Source: Methanobacteriota archaeon
GTDB taxonomy: Archaea > Thermoplasmatota > Poseidoniia > Poseidoniales > Thalassarchaeaceae
Direction of reading: 5' to 3'
DNA: 48,460 nucleotides
Assembly: GCA_002726275.1 (NCBI GenBank)
Contig: PBSO01000008.1
Span: 20,673 to 69,132 of the forward strand
Each line of letters starts with the position of its first letter. Within the stretch, counting starts at the first letter, position 1. The notes below the pieces were generated by a model. It searched no databases. It had not been told where the DNA came from and saw nothing but the letters and a program-made list of their open reading frames with translations. Made by a program: the position numbers and the translations under genes. Positions 36,364 through 44,574 of this stretch are shown piece after piece.

Positions 36364-36525
36364 TCAAACGCCCTGACGTCTCTCAGCCGACTTGGGCCTG
36401 AAGTTCTTGTAGCCACACTTTCGGCATGCGCCGGGCTTCTTGTTTCCCCTGTGTGTAGCCGAGCACTTCATGCAAATCCACTTCTTCAGAAGTCGCGCCT
36501 CTGCGACTGGGTGCCTCTGAGCCAT
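36364..36525 (-). CDS. rpl40e: Ribosomal protein eL40 (L40e)
   Basis: Not in the ORF track (53 aa). Minus-strand translation: MAQRHPVAEARLLKKWICMKCSATHRGNKKPGACRKCGYKNFRPKSAERRQGV, a C4 zinc-ribbon L40e pattern (ICMKC...CRKCG). The listed ORF 36383..36613 is a different frame of the same locus. Confidence 0.85.
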   Translation of the reverse strand: MAQRHPVAEARLLKKWICMKCSATHRGNKKPGACRKCGYKNFRPKSAERRQGV

Positions 36526-36548
36526 GAGACCGCCGACCTACCTGCCCT

Positions 36549-36556
36549 TCATAACC
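36549..36556 (-). promoter_or_regulatory. Candidate TATA box (GGTTATGA on minus strand) 23 nt upstream of the eL40 ATG
   Basis: Lies in the 111-nt divergent spacer between eL40 and purA. Confidence 0.3.
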
Positions 36557-36636
36557 GCTTCGTGAGCAATACCCCGCCTTTTTGCACCTAACGCTTCCAA
36601 AGCATTCAAGCACCCGCAGTAGCGCCCCAATCTACG

Positions 36637-37983
36637 GTGCCTGCTAGCGTCGTGCTCGGAGCCCAGTGGGGGGACGAGGGAAAGGGGAAGGCGATAGACC
36701 AGCTAGCGGCAGATTCCACATGGGCTGTCAGGTTCCAGGGAGGGAATAATGCCGGCCACACAATAGTGCTCGGCGATACTACCTTGAAGCTTCACCAGAT
36801 TCCATCTGGGGTGACCGAGCTGAACTGCAATTTGGTCCTCGGCGATGGCATGGTTATCGATCCATGGGTACTCGAACAGGAGCTAGACAGGTGGAAGGAA
36901 CTCACAGGGGAGAGTCCTGAGGGGAACCGCCTTTTCATCAGTGAGAGAGCATCCGTGATACTCCCCTTCCACAGGATGTACGATAGCGCGGACAAGGTCG
37001 TCGGAACCACTGGCAGGGGGATAGGGCCAGCATACAGGGACAGGATTGAGAGGGTCGGCATCAGATTCGTTGACTTGGGGGCCGTCGTTTCGGATCAGAC
37101 GAAGATTTCCGAGACGGTGGACAGGATGAACAAGCAACTAGCCTCAGTGGGGGTAGAGGACAGGATTGAGGCAGAATCACTCAAGTCCGATCTGCAGTGG
37201 ATTATCGACAGGTTCGGAGGTGCGATTAGGCATACAGGGCTGATGGTCGATAAGGCACTCATGGAGGGGGAGAACATTCTCCTAGAGGGAGCTCAAGGGG
37301 CCATGTTAGACATCGACCAGGGGACATATCCATTCGTGACTTCCTCGGTGACCAGCAGGGCCAACGCGACACATGGGGCCGGAATTCACCCGGGACATGT
37401 CACACAGTGCTTCGGGATTTCCAAGGCCTACACCACTAGAGTCGGTAATGGCCCTTTCCCAACCGAGCTACCCTACGAGGACGGACCTGGAAACCACATG
37501 GCCATGGTCGGCCACGAGTTTGGCACCACAACGGGCAGGCCCAGAAGGACAGGGTGGCTGGATATGGTTGCCCTCAGGGACAGTCACAGGATAAACGGAT
37601 ACACTGGGATAGTATTGACCAAACTGGATGTGTTGGGGGGCCTCGAGGAGATCAAGATTTGCACAGGATACGAATTGGATGGGAAAGTAATCGATGTCAT
37701 GCCCACCAGCTGTGACGACTTGGCCAGGTGCACCCCGGTTTACGAGACTCACCCTGGTTTCCCCGCGCTGTCCGATGACGAGTGGATAGCAATGGCAGAC
37801 GAATCCAGGACATCCGGGTCCGGACTCAAGGCGATGCCAGAGGTCCCACTCAGTTACGTTCGCAGGATAGAGGAGCTGTCAGGCATACCCGTTGTAAGCG
37901 TCGGAGTCGGCCCAGACAGGAGGGCCTCGATAGCTAGCGCAGGAGGCCCCTTCGACGTCGCCCCTGTCGAGGCAACCTTCTAA
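36637..37983 (+). CDS. purA: Adenylosuccinate synthetase
   Basis: GAQWGDEGKGK, GGNNAGHT, TTGRGIGPAY, GTTTGRPRR. GTG start. Confidence 0.92.
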   Translation: MPASVVLGAQWGDEGKGKAIDQLAADSTWAVRFQGGNNAGHTIVLGDTTLKLHQIPSGVTELNCNLVLGDGMVIDPWVLEQELDRWKELTGESPEGNRLFISERASVILPFHRMYDSADKVVGTTGRGIGPAYRDRIERVGIRFVDLGAVVSDQTKISETVDRMNKQLASVGVEDRIEAESLKSDLQWIIDRFGGAIRHTGLMVDKALMEGENILLEGAQGAMLDIDQGTYPFVTSSVTSRANATHGAGIHPGHVTQCFGISKAYTTRVGNGPFPTELPYEDGPGNHMAMVGHEFGTTTGRPRRTGWLDMVALRDSHRINGYTGIVLTKLDVLGGLEEIKICTGYELDGKVIDVMPTSCDDLARCTPVYETHPGFPALSDDEWIAMADESRTSGSGLKAMPEVPLSYVRRIEELSGIPVVSVGVGPDRRASIASAGGPFDVAPVEATF

Positions 37984-38006
37984 TCGACTGACTAAGGCGG
38001 GAAAAC

Positions 38007-38294
38007 ATGGGATTCAAGTCCAATGCCCGTAAGAGGCGCAAGGAGGCCGGGATTGATTCCAAGTCCTCTTCCAAGTCCGACGAGGAGTACGTGGGTGAGG
38101 CAAGGTGCGATGTCGCAGGATGTCAGAACTGGGCCGACAAGAAGGTAGGGGGCAGGAAACTCGCATTCGACAGGGCAGCTGACGTATGGGGGGAGTCGGG
38201 CCTGAGTAAGGATTCTCGAAGGATTACGGTATGCAAGTCGTGCTACAGGCACTGGAAGAAGTCCAAGAAGGACGAGCCAACCGAGTGGTCCTAA
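38007..38294 (+). CDS. Small basic Cys-rich (zinc-finger-like) protein, function unknown
   Basis: 95 aa. Lys/Arg-rich ends. CDVAGC (Cx4C) ... CKSCYRH (CxxCxxH). GGCGGGAAAAC precedes the ATG. Confidence 0.55.
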   Translation: MGFKSNARKRRKEAGIDSKSSSKSDEEYVGEARCDVAGCQNWADKKVGGRKLAFDRAADVWGESGLSKDSRRITVCKSCYRHWKKSKKDEPTEWS

Positions 38295-38345
38295 TCGAAA
38301 TTACTCAACAGTAACAATGTTAGATGGGTGCCACCAGCGAGTAGC

Positions 38346-39968
38346 ATGTCCGAACAACCCACGAATGAGCCGATATTGGGATATTCCCCGGGCAGTGCCG
38401 AGAGAGAGTCTCTGATGATGGAGATTGACAGGCAGATGTCCGAGGTAATCGAGATCCCCTGCATCATCAATGGCGAGGAAGTCTACACGGGTACCACGAC
38501 AACACAGGTCATCCCCCACAAACACGACCATGTGCTCGCAAAGGTGCATTTGGCAGGCAGAGACCAGATGGAGGCGGCATGTGAGGCCGCCGTGTCCGCT
38601 CAGAGTGATTGGATAGCAATGGGGCTGGATGCACGATGCGAGATTTTCGAGAGATGTGCTGATTTACTCGCCGGTGACTGGAGGATGAGGGTGAATGCGT
38701 CTACCATGCTCAATCAGTCCAAGACCGCCTTCCAAGCAGAGATTGACGCCGCATGCGAACTTATCGACTTCTGGAGGTTCAACTGCCACTACGCAAGGGG
38801 CTTCCACGACGACTTCCAGCCATTGGTCTCACCCGAGGGCGTCCAGAACTCAACGGACATCCGCCCCCTCGAGGGCTTCGTCCTTTCGATAACTCCCTTC
38901 AATTTCTCAAGTATCGCTGCGAACCTGCCCAGCGCCCCGGCTATCGTCGGGGGCACCGGCGTCTGGAAGCCCAGTAGAAACTCATACCTCTCCAACTACG
39001 TCCTCATGCAACTGATGATGGAGGCAGGACTCCCTCCCGGTGTCATCAATTTCCTGCCAGGTTCTGGCGCTGAGATAACTGAGGTGGCACTATCCAACCC
39101 GGACTTCGCAGGACTGCACTTCACCGGATCGACCGCTACATTCCAGGGTCTCTGGCAGGAGATAGGACTCGCTCTGCCCGACCTCAGATCCTATCCAAGG
39201 ATAGTCGGCGAGACAGGGGGAAAGGACTTCGTCGTCGCCCACCCAGACTGCGACAGGAGGGGCCTCATGGTCGCACTACTAAGGGGGGCCTTCGAGTACC
39301 AGGGTCAGAAATGCTCGGCAGCGAGCCGAGCATACATACCCCGCTCCGTCTGGGACGGGATTTCTGCGGACCTCATAAGCGAGATTGGCAAGGTAAAGAT
39401 GGGCGACGCCCGGGACTTCACCAACTTCATGACTGCCGTGATCGACAAGAGGGCATTCGACAAGATTTCTGGATACATCGACAGGGCCTCGGAAAGGGAA
39501 ACCTGCGAAATCGTCTGCGGAGGGGGGTACGACGACTCGGTTGGATACTTCATCGAGCCTACCATTATCCTGACCAAGGACCCAAACTCAGAGTCTATGA
39601 TAGAGGAGATTTTCGGACCCGTACTTACGGTCTACATATACGAGGACGATGACTTCGAGGAGGTCCTGGGGATTTGTGACAAAGCCTCCCCCTACGCTCT
39701 AACTGGGTCAATATTCTCAAGCTCTGAGGAGAACGTCCAGAAGGCCTACGAGGCCCTCAGGTTCACTGCCGGGAACTTCTACATCAACGACAAGCCAACC
39801 GGGGCCGTGGTGGCCCAGCAGCCATTCGGGGGAGCCAGGGCGTCTGGCACCAACGACAAGGCCGGAGGGCCTCTCAACCTGCTCCGGTGGATATCGCCAC
39901 GCTCAGTCAAGAGGGCCCTCGACATACCCCAGGACTGGACATATCCGTTCATGGGAGCGGACGAATGA
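38346..39968 (+). CDS. 1-pyrroline-5-carboxylate (L-glutamate gamma-semialdehyde) dehydrogenase, ALDH superfamily
   Basis: ORF 38328..39968, first ATG at 38346. ETGGKDF, catalytic Cys in YQGQKCSAASRAYIP, EEIFGPVLTVYIY. Length and N-terminus are typical of stand-alone P5CDH. Confidence 0.8.
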   Translation: MSEQPTNEPILGYSPGSAERESLMMEIDRQMSEVIEIPCIINGEEVYTGTTTTQVIPHKHDHVLAKVHLAGRDQMEAACEAAVSAQSDWIAMGLDARCEIFERCADLLAGDWRMRVNASTMLNQSKTAFQAEIDAACELIDFWRFNCHYARGFHDDFQPLVSPEGVQNSTDIRPLEGFVLSITPFNFSSIAANLPSAPAIVGGTGVWKPSRNSYLSNYVLMQLMMEAGLPPGVINFLPGSGAEITEVALSNPDFAGLHFTGSTATFQGLWQEIGLALPDLRSYPRIVGETGGKDFVVAHPDCDRRGLMVALLRGAFEYQGQKCSAASRAYIPRSVWDGISADLISEIGKVKMGDARDFTNFMTAVIDKRAFDKISGYIDRASERETCEIVCGGGYDDSVGYFIEPTIILTKDPNSESMIEEIFGPVLTVYIYEDDDFEEVLGICDKASPYALTGSIFSSSEENVQKAYEALRFTAGNFYINDKPTGAVVAQQPFGGARASGTNDKAGGPLNLLRWISPRSVKRALDIPQDWTYPFMGADE

Positions 39969-40086
39969 GGTCCCAACATTGAAAATCCTGTTTCCTAAGG
40001 GGTGAATGGGGAGCTTAGTGCTGAGAGGTCGCTGCGAGGCGACGACCCTTTGACCTGATCTGGGTAATACCAGCGGAGGGAGAGAA

Positions 40087-41550
40087 ATGGATACGAACAT
40101 CGCATACGGATTGATGATTGCAACGCTGGGTGTCTTCGGTTACATCGGATACCGAGCATCGAATGCCAAGGTGATCGAGGCCGATGACTACCTCTCGGCC
40201 AGGGGCTCGCAGGACTGGCTGCGAATCGGGCTGAGCCTGTTCGCCTCCGGGATGGGGATATGGATCCTTTTCGCCCCATCTGAGGTCGGATACTACGGCG
40301 GTTTCTGGGATGTCGTCGGCTACGCCGTCTCCGCGTCCACGCCATTCCTACTTCTGGCGTATGTCGGGCCGATGATCCGTGAGAGGCTGCCGTCTGGAGT
40401 GACTCTGGCGGACTATGTGCGCATCCGCCTAGGCAGGCCAATGCAGGTCTATGTGGGATTGATTTCGGTGCTCTACATGTTCACCTTCCTTTTTGCCGAA
40501 TTTACCGCTATAGGAAAGGCGATGGAAACCCTCTCTGAGATGGAACCACTCATCCCCATGAGCATGGTGGGAATAGTGACTGCAGCATACATCTCGCGAG
40601 GAGGGCTCCCTGCATCTCTGGCAACTGACCGTGTGCAAGCATGGACAATCATGTTCCTCGTTGTGGCATTGCTGTTGGTCCTGTTTGGAGGAGATATCAA
40701 CGGCCTCATTGCCGATGCCAAGGCATACAATACCGAAGACTCATGGAGCATCGGCTCAATGTCATACATGGATTCATTCCAATCCGGACTAGCTCTGGTT
40801 GTGGCGATTACCGCAGCAGAGATGTTCTCTCAGGGTAACTGGCAGCGGGCTTGGGCATCCGAGTCGGACGAGGCCCTGACAAAGGGCGCCTGGCTAGCAG
40901 CGGGGCTTGTCTTGCCACTGGTCTTCGTCATGGGTGTGCTCGGGACCGTGGTCGCCGGGCAGGGCGCAGTGGATGATCCTTCTGCTGCCTTCTTCTATCT
41001 GATTGAGGGTGCAGGAACCCTCTTCGTTGCTGCATTCATCGTCCTTGCAGTAGCACTGGTCTGCTCAAGCGTCGATACTCTACAGAATGCTGTTGTGGCT
41101 TCGATTTCGAGGGATCTCAGTGATAACACGATGGACCTGCAGAATGCACGTTACCTTACAATCGGTCTGATTCCCGTAGCAATCTATCTGGCCACTGGCC
41201 CTACCGTTCCTTTCAGTGTCCCCATCATTGGATTGTTCACCTTCGATGCACTCGGTGTGTTTCAGATATTCCTCTTCGCCGACTTGCTAGCTGCAGCCAC
41301 GGTGATGCCGGTCCTCCTCACCCTGTGGGAGGGTGTCTCTTCCAAGGGCGCACTGATTGGCGCTGTCTGCGGACTGCTCTCCGTGGTCCTCTACGGCGCG
41401 TATACCGTGGATATCGGGACTGGCATCTATTACGTCTTCTCGCCGACCAACGAGTTCGGCCTAGCGAACCTGCACGTTTTCCTCTCAGCAGTCATAGGCT
41501 CCTCCATCGCCACGATCACGGCCTCCTACGCACTTCCTGATGGCGAATGA
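40087..41550 (+). CDS. Sodium:solute symporter (SSS) family transporter
   Basis: 487 aa, about 13 hydrophobic helices. N-terminal pattern YGLMIATLGVFGYIGYRASN...DYLSARG...GLSLFASGMG. GGAGGGAGAGAA precedes the ATG. Confidence 0.8.
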   Translation: MDTNIAYGLMIATLGVFGYIGYRASNAKVIEADDYLSARGSQDWLRIGLSLFASGMGIWILFAPSEVGYYGGFWDVVGYAVSASTPFLLLAYVGPMIRERLPSGVTLADYVRIRLGRPMQVYVGLISVLYMFTFLFAEFTAIGKAMETLSEMEPLIPMSMVGIVTAAYISRGGLPASLATDRVQAWTIMFLVVALLLVLFGGDINGLIADAKAYNTEDSWSIGSMSYMDSFQSGLALVVAITAAEMFSQGNWQRAWASESDEALTKGAWLAAGLVLPLVFVMGVLGTVVAGQGAVDDPSAAFFYLIEGAGTLFVAAFIVLAVALVCSSVDTLQNAVVASISRDLSDNTMDLQNARYLTIGLIPVAIYLATGPTVPFSVPIIGLFTFDALGVFQIFLFADLLAAATVMPVLLTLWEGVSSKGALIGAVCGLLSVVLYGAYTVDIGTGIYYVFSPTNEFGLANLHVFLSAVIGSSIATITASYALPDGE

Positions 41551-42388
41551 GCAGGCCTTGCGCTTTGTTCATGAACGGACCCTCCTTCGTGACTCCGTGG
41601 AAGGAAGTGCACCACTATCGATCCTCCTTCCCTGGAAGGGCGTTTGGAGGCCCATGTGGTCTCGTAGGGAGGGCATGGGAGGATGGCTGTTCACTCTGTT
41701 CGTCTTCATCATCGGCCTGACTTGCGTGGCAGTTCCGTACTTCGTGTCCAACAACATCGCAGCGAGCTACCTGGGGACCGTCTGGGATCCCGAGATAGCC
41801 TTCGACCGTGACTTCCCAGTGATCAACTGGATGATCATACCGTATACCGCACTATACCTGTTCTACCCAGCGACACTGATCGTGGCCCCTCGCAACGACA
41901 GGGGAAGGATGGAGCTCGCACTCGCAATTCAGGGGCTGGCTCTGGCCACGATGCTATGCGTATTCTTCTTCATGGCCCTTCCTGCCGAGATAGACCTGAG
42001 GGACCAGCTCGACACACATTGGCTGGATCATCCCCCAAATGCATTCGAGGAGGCGCTCTTCGGATTCATCCACTTCTCCGACAATCCATGGAACGCATGG
42101 CCGAGCCTTCACATCGTCCACTCATACCTGCTTGCTAGGCTGATGACGTTCTGGGTCGTCAGGGAGTATCCAGAGAGCAAGGCGGCCTCTGCCTTCCTTG
42201 CCATCCTGTGGATTGAGTGGGTCTTGCTATGTATAAGCATCCTGGCTACCAAGCAGCACTACCTGTTCGACCTTTTCACCGGAGCTTTAGTCGGGGTTGT
42301 GTGTTGGAGGCTCTTCATGCCGTTAATGGAGATGGTCGAGCACAGGGGGCCATCCGAGATGGCCACTGAGTCAGGTTGGCAGGACTAG
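41540..42388 (+). CDS. PAP2-superfamily membrane enzyme (PAP2_3 / Aur1-, sphingomyelin-synthase-like phosphotransferase)
   Basis: 282 aa, polytopic. NAWPSLHIVHSY and KQHYLFDLFTGALVG correspond to the C2/C3 motifs (PSxH ... HxxxD). The start overlaps the SSS gene end by 11 nt. Confidence 0.6.
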   Translation: MANEQALRFVHERTLLRDSVEGSAPLSILLPWKGVWRPMWSRREGMGGWLFTLFVFIIGLTCVAVPYFVSNNIAASYLGTVWDPEIAFDRDFPVINWMIIPYTALYLFYPATLIVAPRNDRGRMELALAIQGLALATMLCVFFFMALPAEIDLRDQLDTHWLDHPPNAFEEALFGFIHFSDNPWNAWPSLHIVHSYLLARLMTFWVVREYPESKAASAFLAILWIEWVLLCISILATKQHYLFDLFTGALVGVVCWRLFMPLMEMVEHRGPSEMATESGWQD

Positions 42389-44574
42389 TTGTTGTAGACT
42401 ATCGGCAGGAAGGCGTTGGCGGCCGTCTCGCACGCGTTCGCAACATCGTCCATCCTCTGCAGGACCCTGTACATGTGCATGGCCGCGAGAGCCTCATCAT
42501 CACCCTCGCTGAAGACCAGGGACGCTGCCCTCCCCTCTACTAGATCGGCATCGTGCTCGGCGAGGTTCACCTTGTCAATTAGTTCGCCTAGCTTCTCACG
42601 ACCGGCCTTGGTGTACCCCGACAGCGTGAGGTCACGCAGTGCGGCGACTGAGTCCTCATACAGGGAAGCGGTCCTTGCCACAGACTCCCCCATCTCCTTC
42701 AATGCGTTTCTGGCTTCTTCATTTCCGTAGAGGGGCCTGAACGATAGCTGCTCAGCGACGTTCTGCGCGTAGTCCGCAATCCTGTCTTGCTTGCTCAGCA
42801 TCTCCATGAAGTCCTCCGACCTCAGGAGAAGGCTCCACTGGCCTGAGCCAATGGTCTTTCGCAGGTCGTTCTTGATGTTGTCAGCCCTGAGCTCAGCAGC
42901 CACAGTGGCCTCGATCTCCCCAGTCGGATCCTTACCGTCAGCAGCCGCGTTGACGGCTACCAGCATGTGCCCAACGGTCTCGTTCACCGCTTCAGCATGG
43001 GTGTGGAATAGTTCGAAGTAGGTAGGCGAACCGACCTCGGGACCACTCACCTCTGCGAGCGCATCCTCAACGTGGACCTCGTCGTCCTTGGTGCTCCATA
43101 TGACGTAAAACACACCAGCAAGTGCGATTGGTATGACGACAAGCAGCTTGATAGGGTCGGAAGCCACGGTGACGAAAATCAGTATCGAGCCAAATCCAGC
43201 AGCAGGTAGACTTGCCACCCAAGAGGCGAAAATCTTGCCGAACACCCGGAAGTCGACGGCCTTCGCCCCTCCGGCTAGGCCAACTCCTACAACTGCACCG
43301 ACTAGGGTGTGAGTGGTGGAAACGGGAACTGCGAGGAAGGGCATCGAGAAGATTAGGATGGTGGTAGCGGCCCCGAATTCTGCAGCGAAACCCCTCGTCG
43401 GGGTGATGTCAGTGATCTTGTTTCCGATTGTGTCCATGACTCTCCACCCCCAGGTCATCACACCGATAGCGATTCCCGCGCTTCCAAGAAGGACCAGCCA
43501 TACGGGCACCTCCGCCGTCGCGGCCAACTCACCTCCGCTTGACAGAACCTGGTATACGGCCGCCATGGGTCCGATGGCGTTAGACCTGTCATTGGCACCA
43601 TGGGCGAATGCGACATAGGCGGCTGTGATGACCTGCAACCAGACGAAAATCCTCTCGACCCCGTGGAAACCTTCCTTCTCTCCCTTGAACTCGTAGTTCC
43701 TGAGGACATAGCCGAGGGCCGATGCAGCAATCACAGCGACAATGCCTGCTAGTATCAGGCTGTTGATGGGAAACCAAGCATTTGCGTCCATTGGGTTCCA
43801 AGAACCATTCTCCTTGACTGGCAGCCAGTCGTATTTGCTCTCAATCCAGCCCTCTGACTCTGCCCTTGAGAAGAATCCTTTCAACGCCTTGAATTGAAGA
43901 GCCAGCCCCAGCACGAAGAATGTAGGTATGGCTAGAACCGGGGCAAGCCATCTCGATCTAGAAATTGGATCGTCGGCTTCTAGAATGGTTTCTCTGACTA
44001 TGAAGAAAGTGAAGAACGCCAGGAGGCCACCCATCAGAGGGCTAGCCACCCATGACATCACGACCTTGCGAATAACCTCCCAGTCAATCAGAGATATGTC
44101 ATGCTGGACTTCCAATACCAATCCAACACCGACAATTCCACCAATAATGCTGTGAGTTGTGGAAACGGGCAGTCCGTATCTTGTGGCTACAGTAAGCCAG
44201 ACCGCTGCGGCCATCATTGCAGCAATGAATGCGTACATCAGATCATTTGCGAAACTTTCCGTGACCGTCTCGAAGTCCACAGATAGTATTCCCTTTCGTA
44301 CCGTGTCTGTCACTGCATCTCCTGCGAAGAAAGCCCCTGCGAACTCGAAAATTGCTGCTATCACGACAGCCTGCTTGAGGGTGAGCGCTCTAGAGCCGAC
44401 AGAGGTGCCCATCGCATTGGCTACATCGTTCGCCCCAATGTTCCAAGACATGTATGCGCAGACTACTAGCGATACAACCAGAACCATTCCCATTATGGGT
44501 TCCATTGAATTGTGGCGGACAACATCTAGTATATTGCTGCTATCAATAACAAAACTCTCTAGCCGAGTACCCAT
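42385..44574 (-). CDS. PiT-family inorganic phosphate transporter fused to a C-terminal DUF47/PhoU-like regulatory domain
   Basis: NIGANDVANAMGTSVGS and AHGANDRSNAIGP PiT signatures. The last roughly 220 aa are helical/charged (FELFHTHAEAVNET...AELRADNIKNDLRK...RSEDFMEMLSKQDRIADYA...LAEHDADLV) as in DUF47. The start may be an internal ATG (44505 or 44493). Confidence 0.8.
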   Translation of the reverse strand: MGTRLESFVIDSSNILDVVRHNSMEPIMGMVLVVSLVVCAYMSWNIGANDVANAMGTSVGSRALTLKQAVVIAAIFEFAGAFFAGDAVTDTVRKGILSVDFETVTESFANDLMYAFIAAMMAAAVWLTVATRYGLPVSTTHSIIGGIVGVGLVLEVQHDISLIDWEVIRKVVMSWVASPLMGGLLAFFTFFIVRETILEADDPISRSRWLAPVLAIPTFFVLGLALQFKALKGFFSRAESEGWIESKYDWLPVKENGSWNPMDANAWFPINSLILAGIVAVIAASALGYVLRNYEFKGEKEGFHGVERIFVWLQVITAAYVAFAHGANDRSNAIGPMAAVYQVLSSGGELAATAEVPVWLVLLGSAGIAIGVMTWGWRVMDTIGNKITDITPTRGFAAEFGAATTILIFSMPFLAVPVSTTHTLVGAVVGVGLAGGAKAVDFRVFGKIFASWVASLPAAGFGSILIFVTVASDPIKLLVVIPIALAGVFYVIWSTKDDEVHVEDALAEVSGPEVGSPTYFELFHTHAEAVNETVGHMLVAVNAAADGKDPTGEIEATVAAELRADNIKNDLRKTIGSGQWSLLLRSEDFMEMLSKQDRIADYAQNVAEQLSFRPLYGNEEARNALKEMGESVARTASLYEDSVAALRDLTLSGYTKAGREKLGELIDKVNLAEHDADLVEGRAASLVFSEGDDEALAAMHMYRVLQRMDDVANACETAANAFLPIVYNN

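Noticed and set aside
36383-36613. Listed 76-aa minus-strand ORF
   Set aside because: A different minus-strand frame at the same locus encodes an unmistakable eL40 zinc-ribbon protein (36364..36525). The listed frame has no recognisable features.
10647-37983. An apparent aspartate theme: Asd, AspRS, two different asparaginase-type enzymes and PurA
   Set aside because: The genes are dispersed, lie on both strands in different operon contexts, and are mostly housekeeping. I see no evidence for a functional unit, and chance is the simpler explanation.
39969-40086. 118-nt spacer between the P5C dehydrogenase and SSS transporter genes as a possible riboswitch or ncRNA
   Set aside because: It contains only a short imperfect hairpin (GGTCGC-N6-GCGAC-G-ACC) and a strong GGAGGGAG ribosome-binding site. 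It is too short and unstructured for any riboswitch class I recognise. More likely it is a terminator/RBS region.
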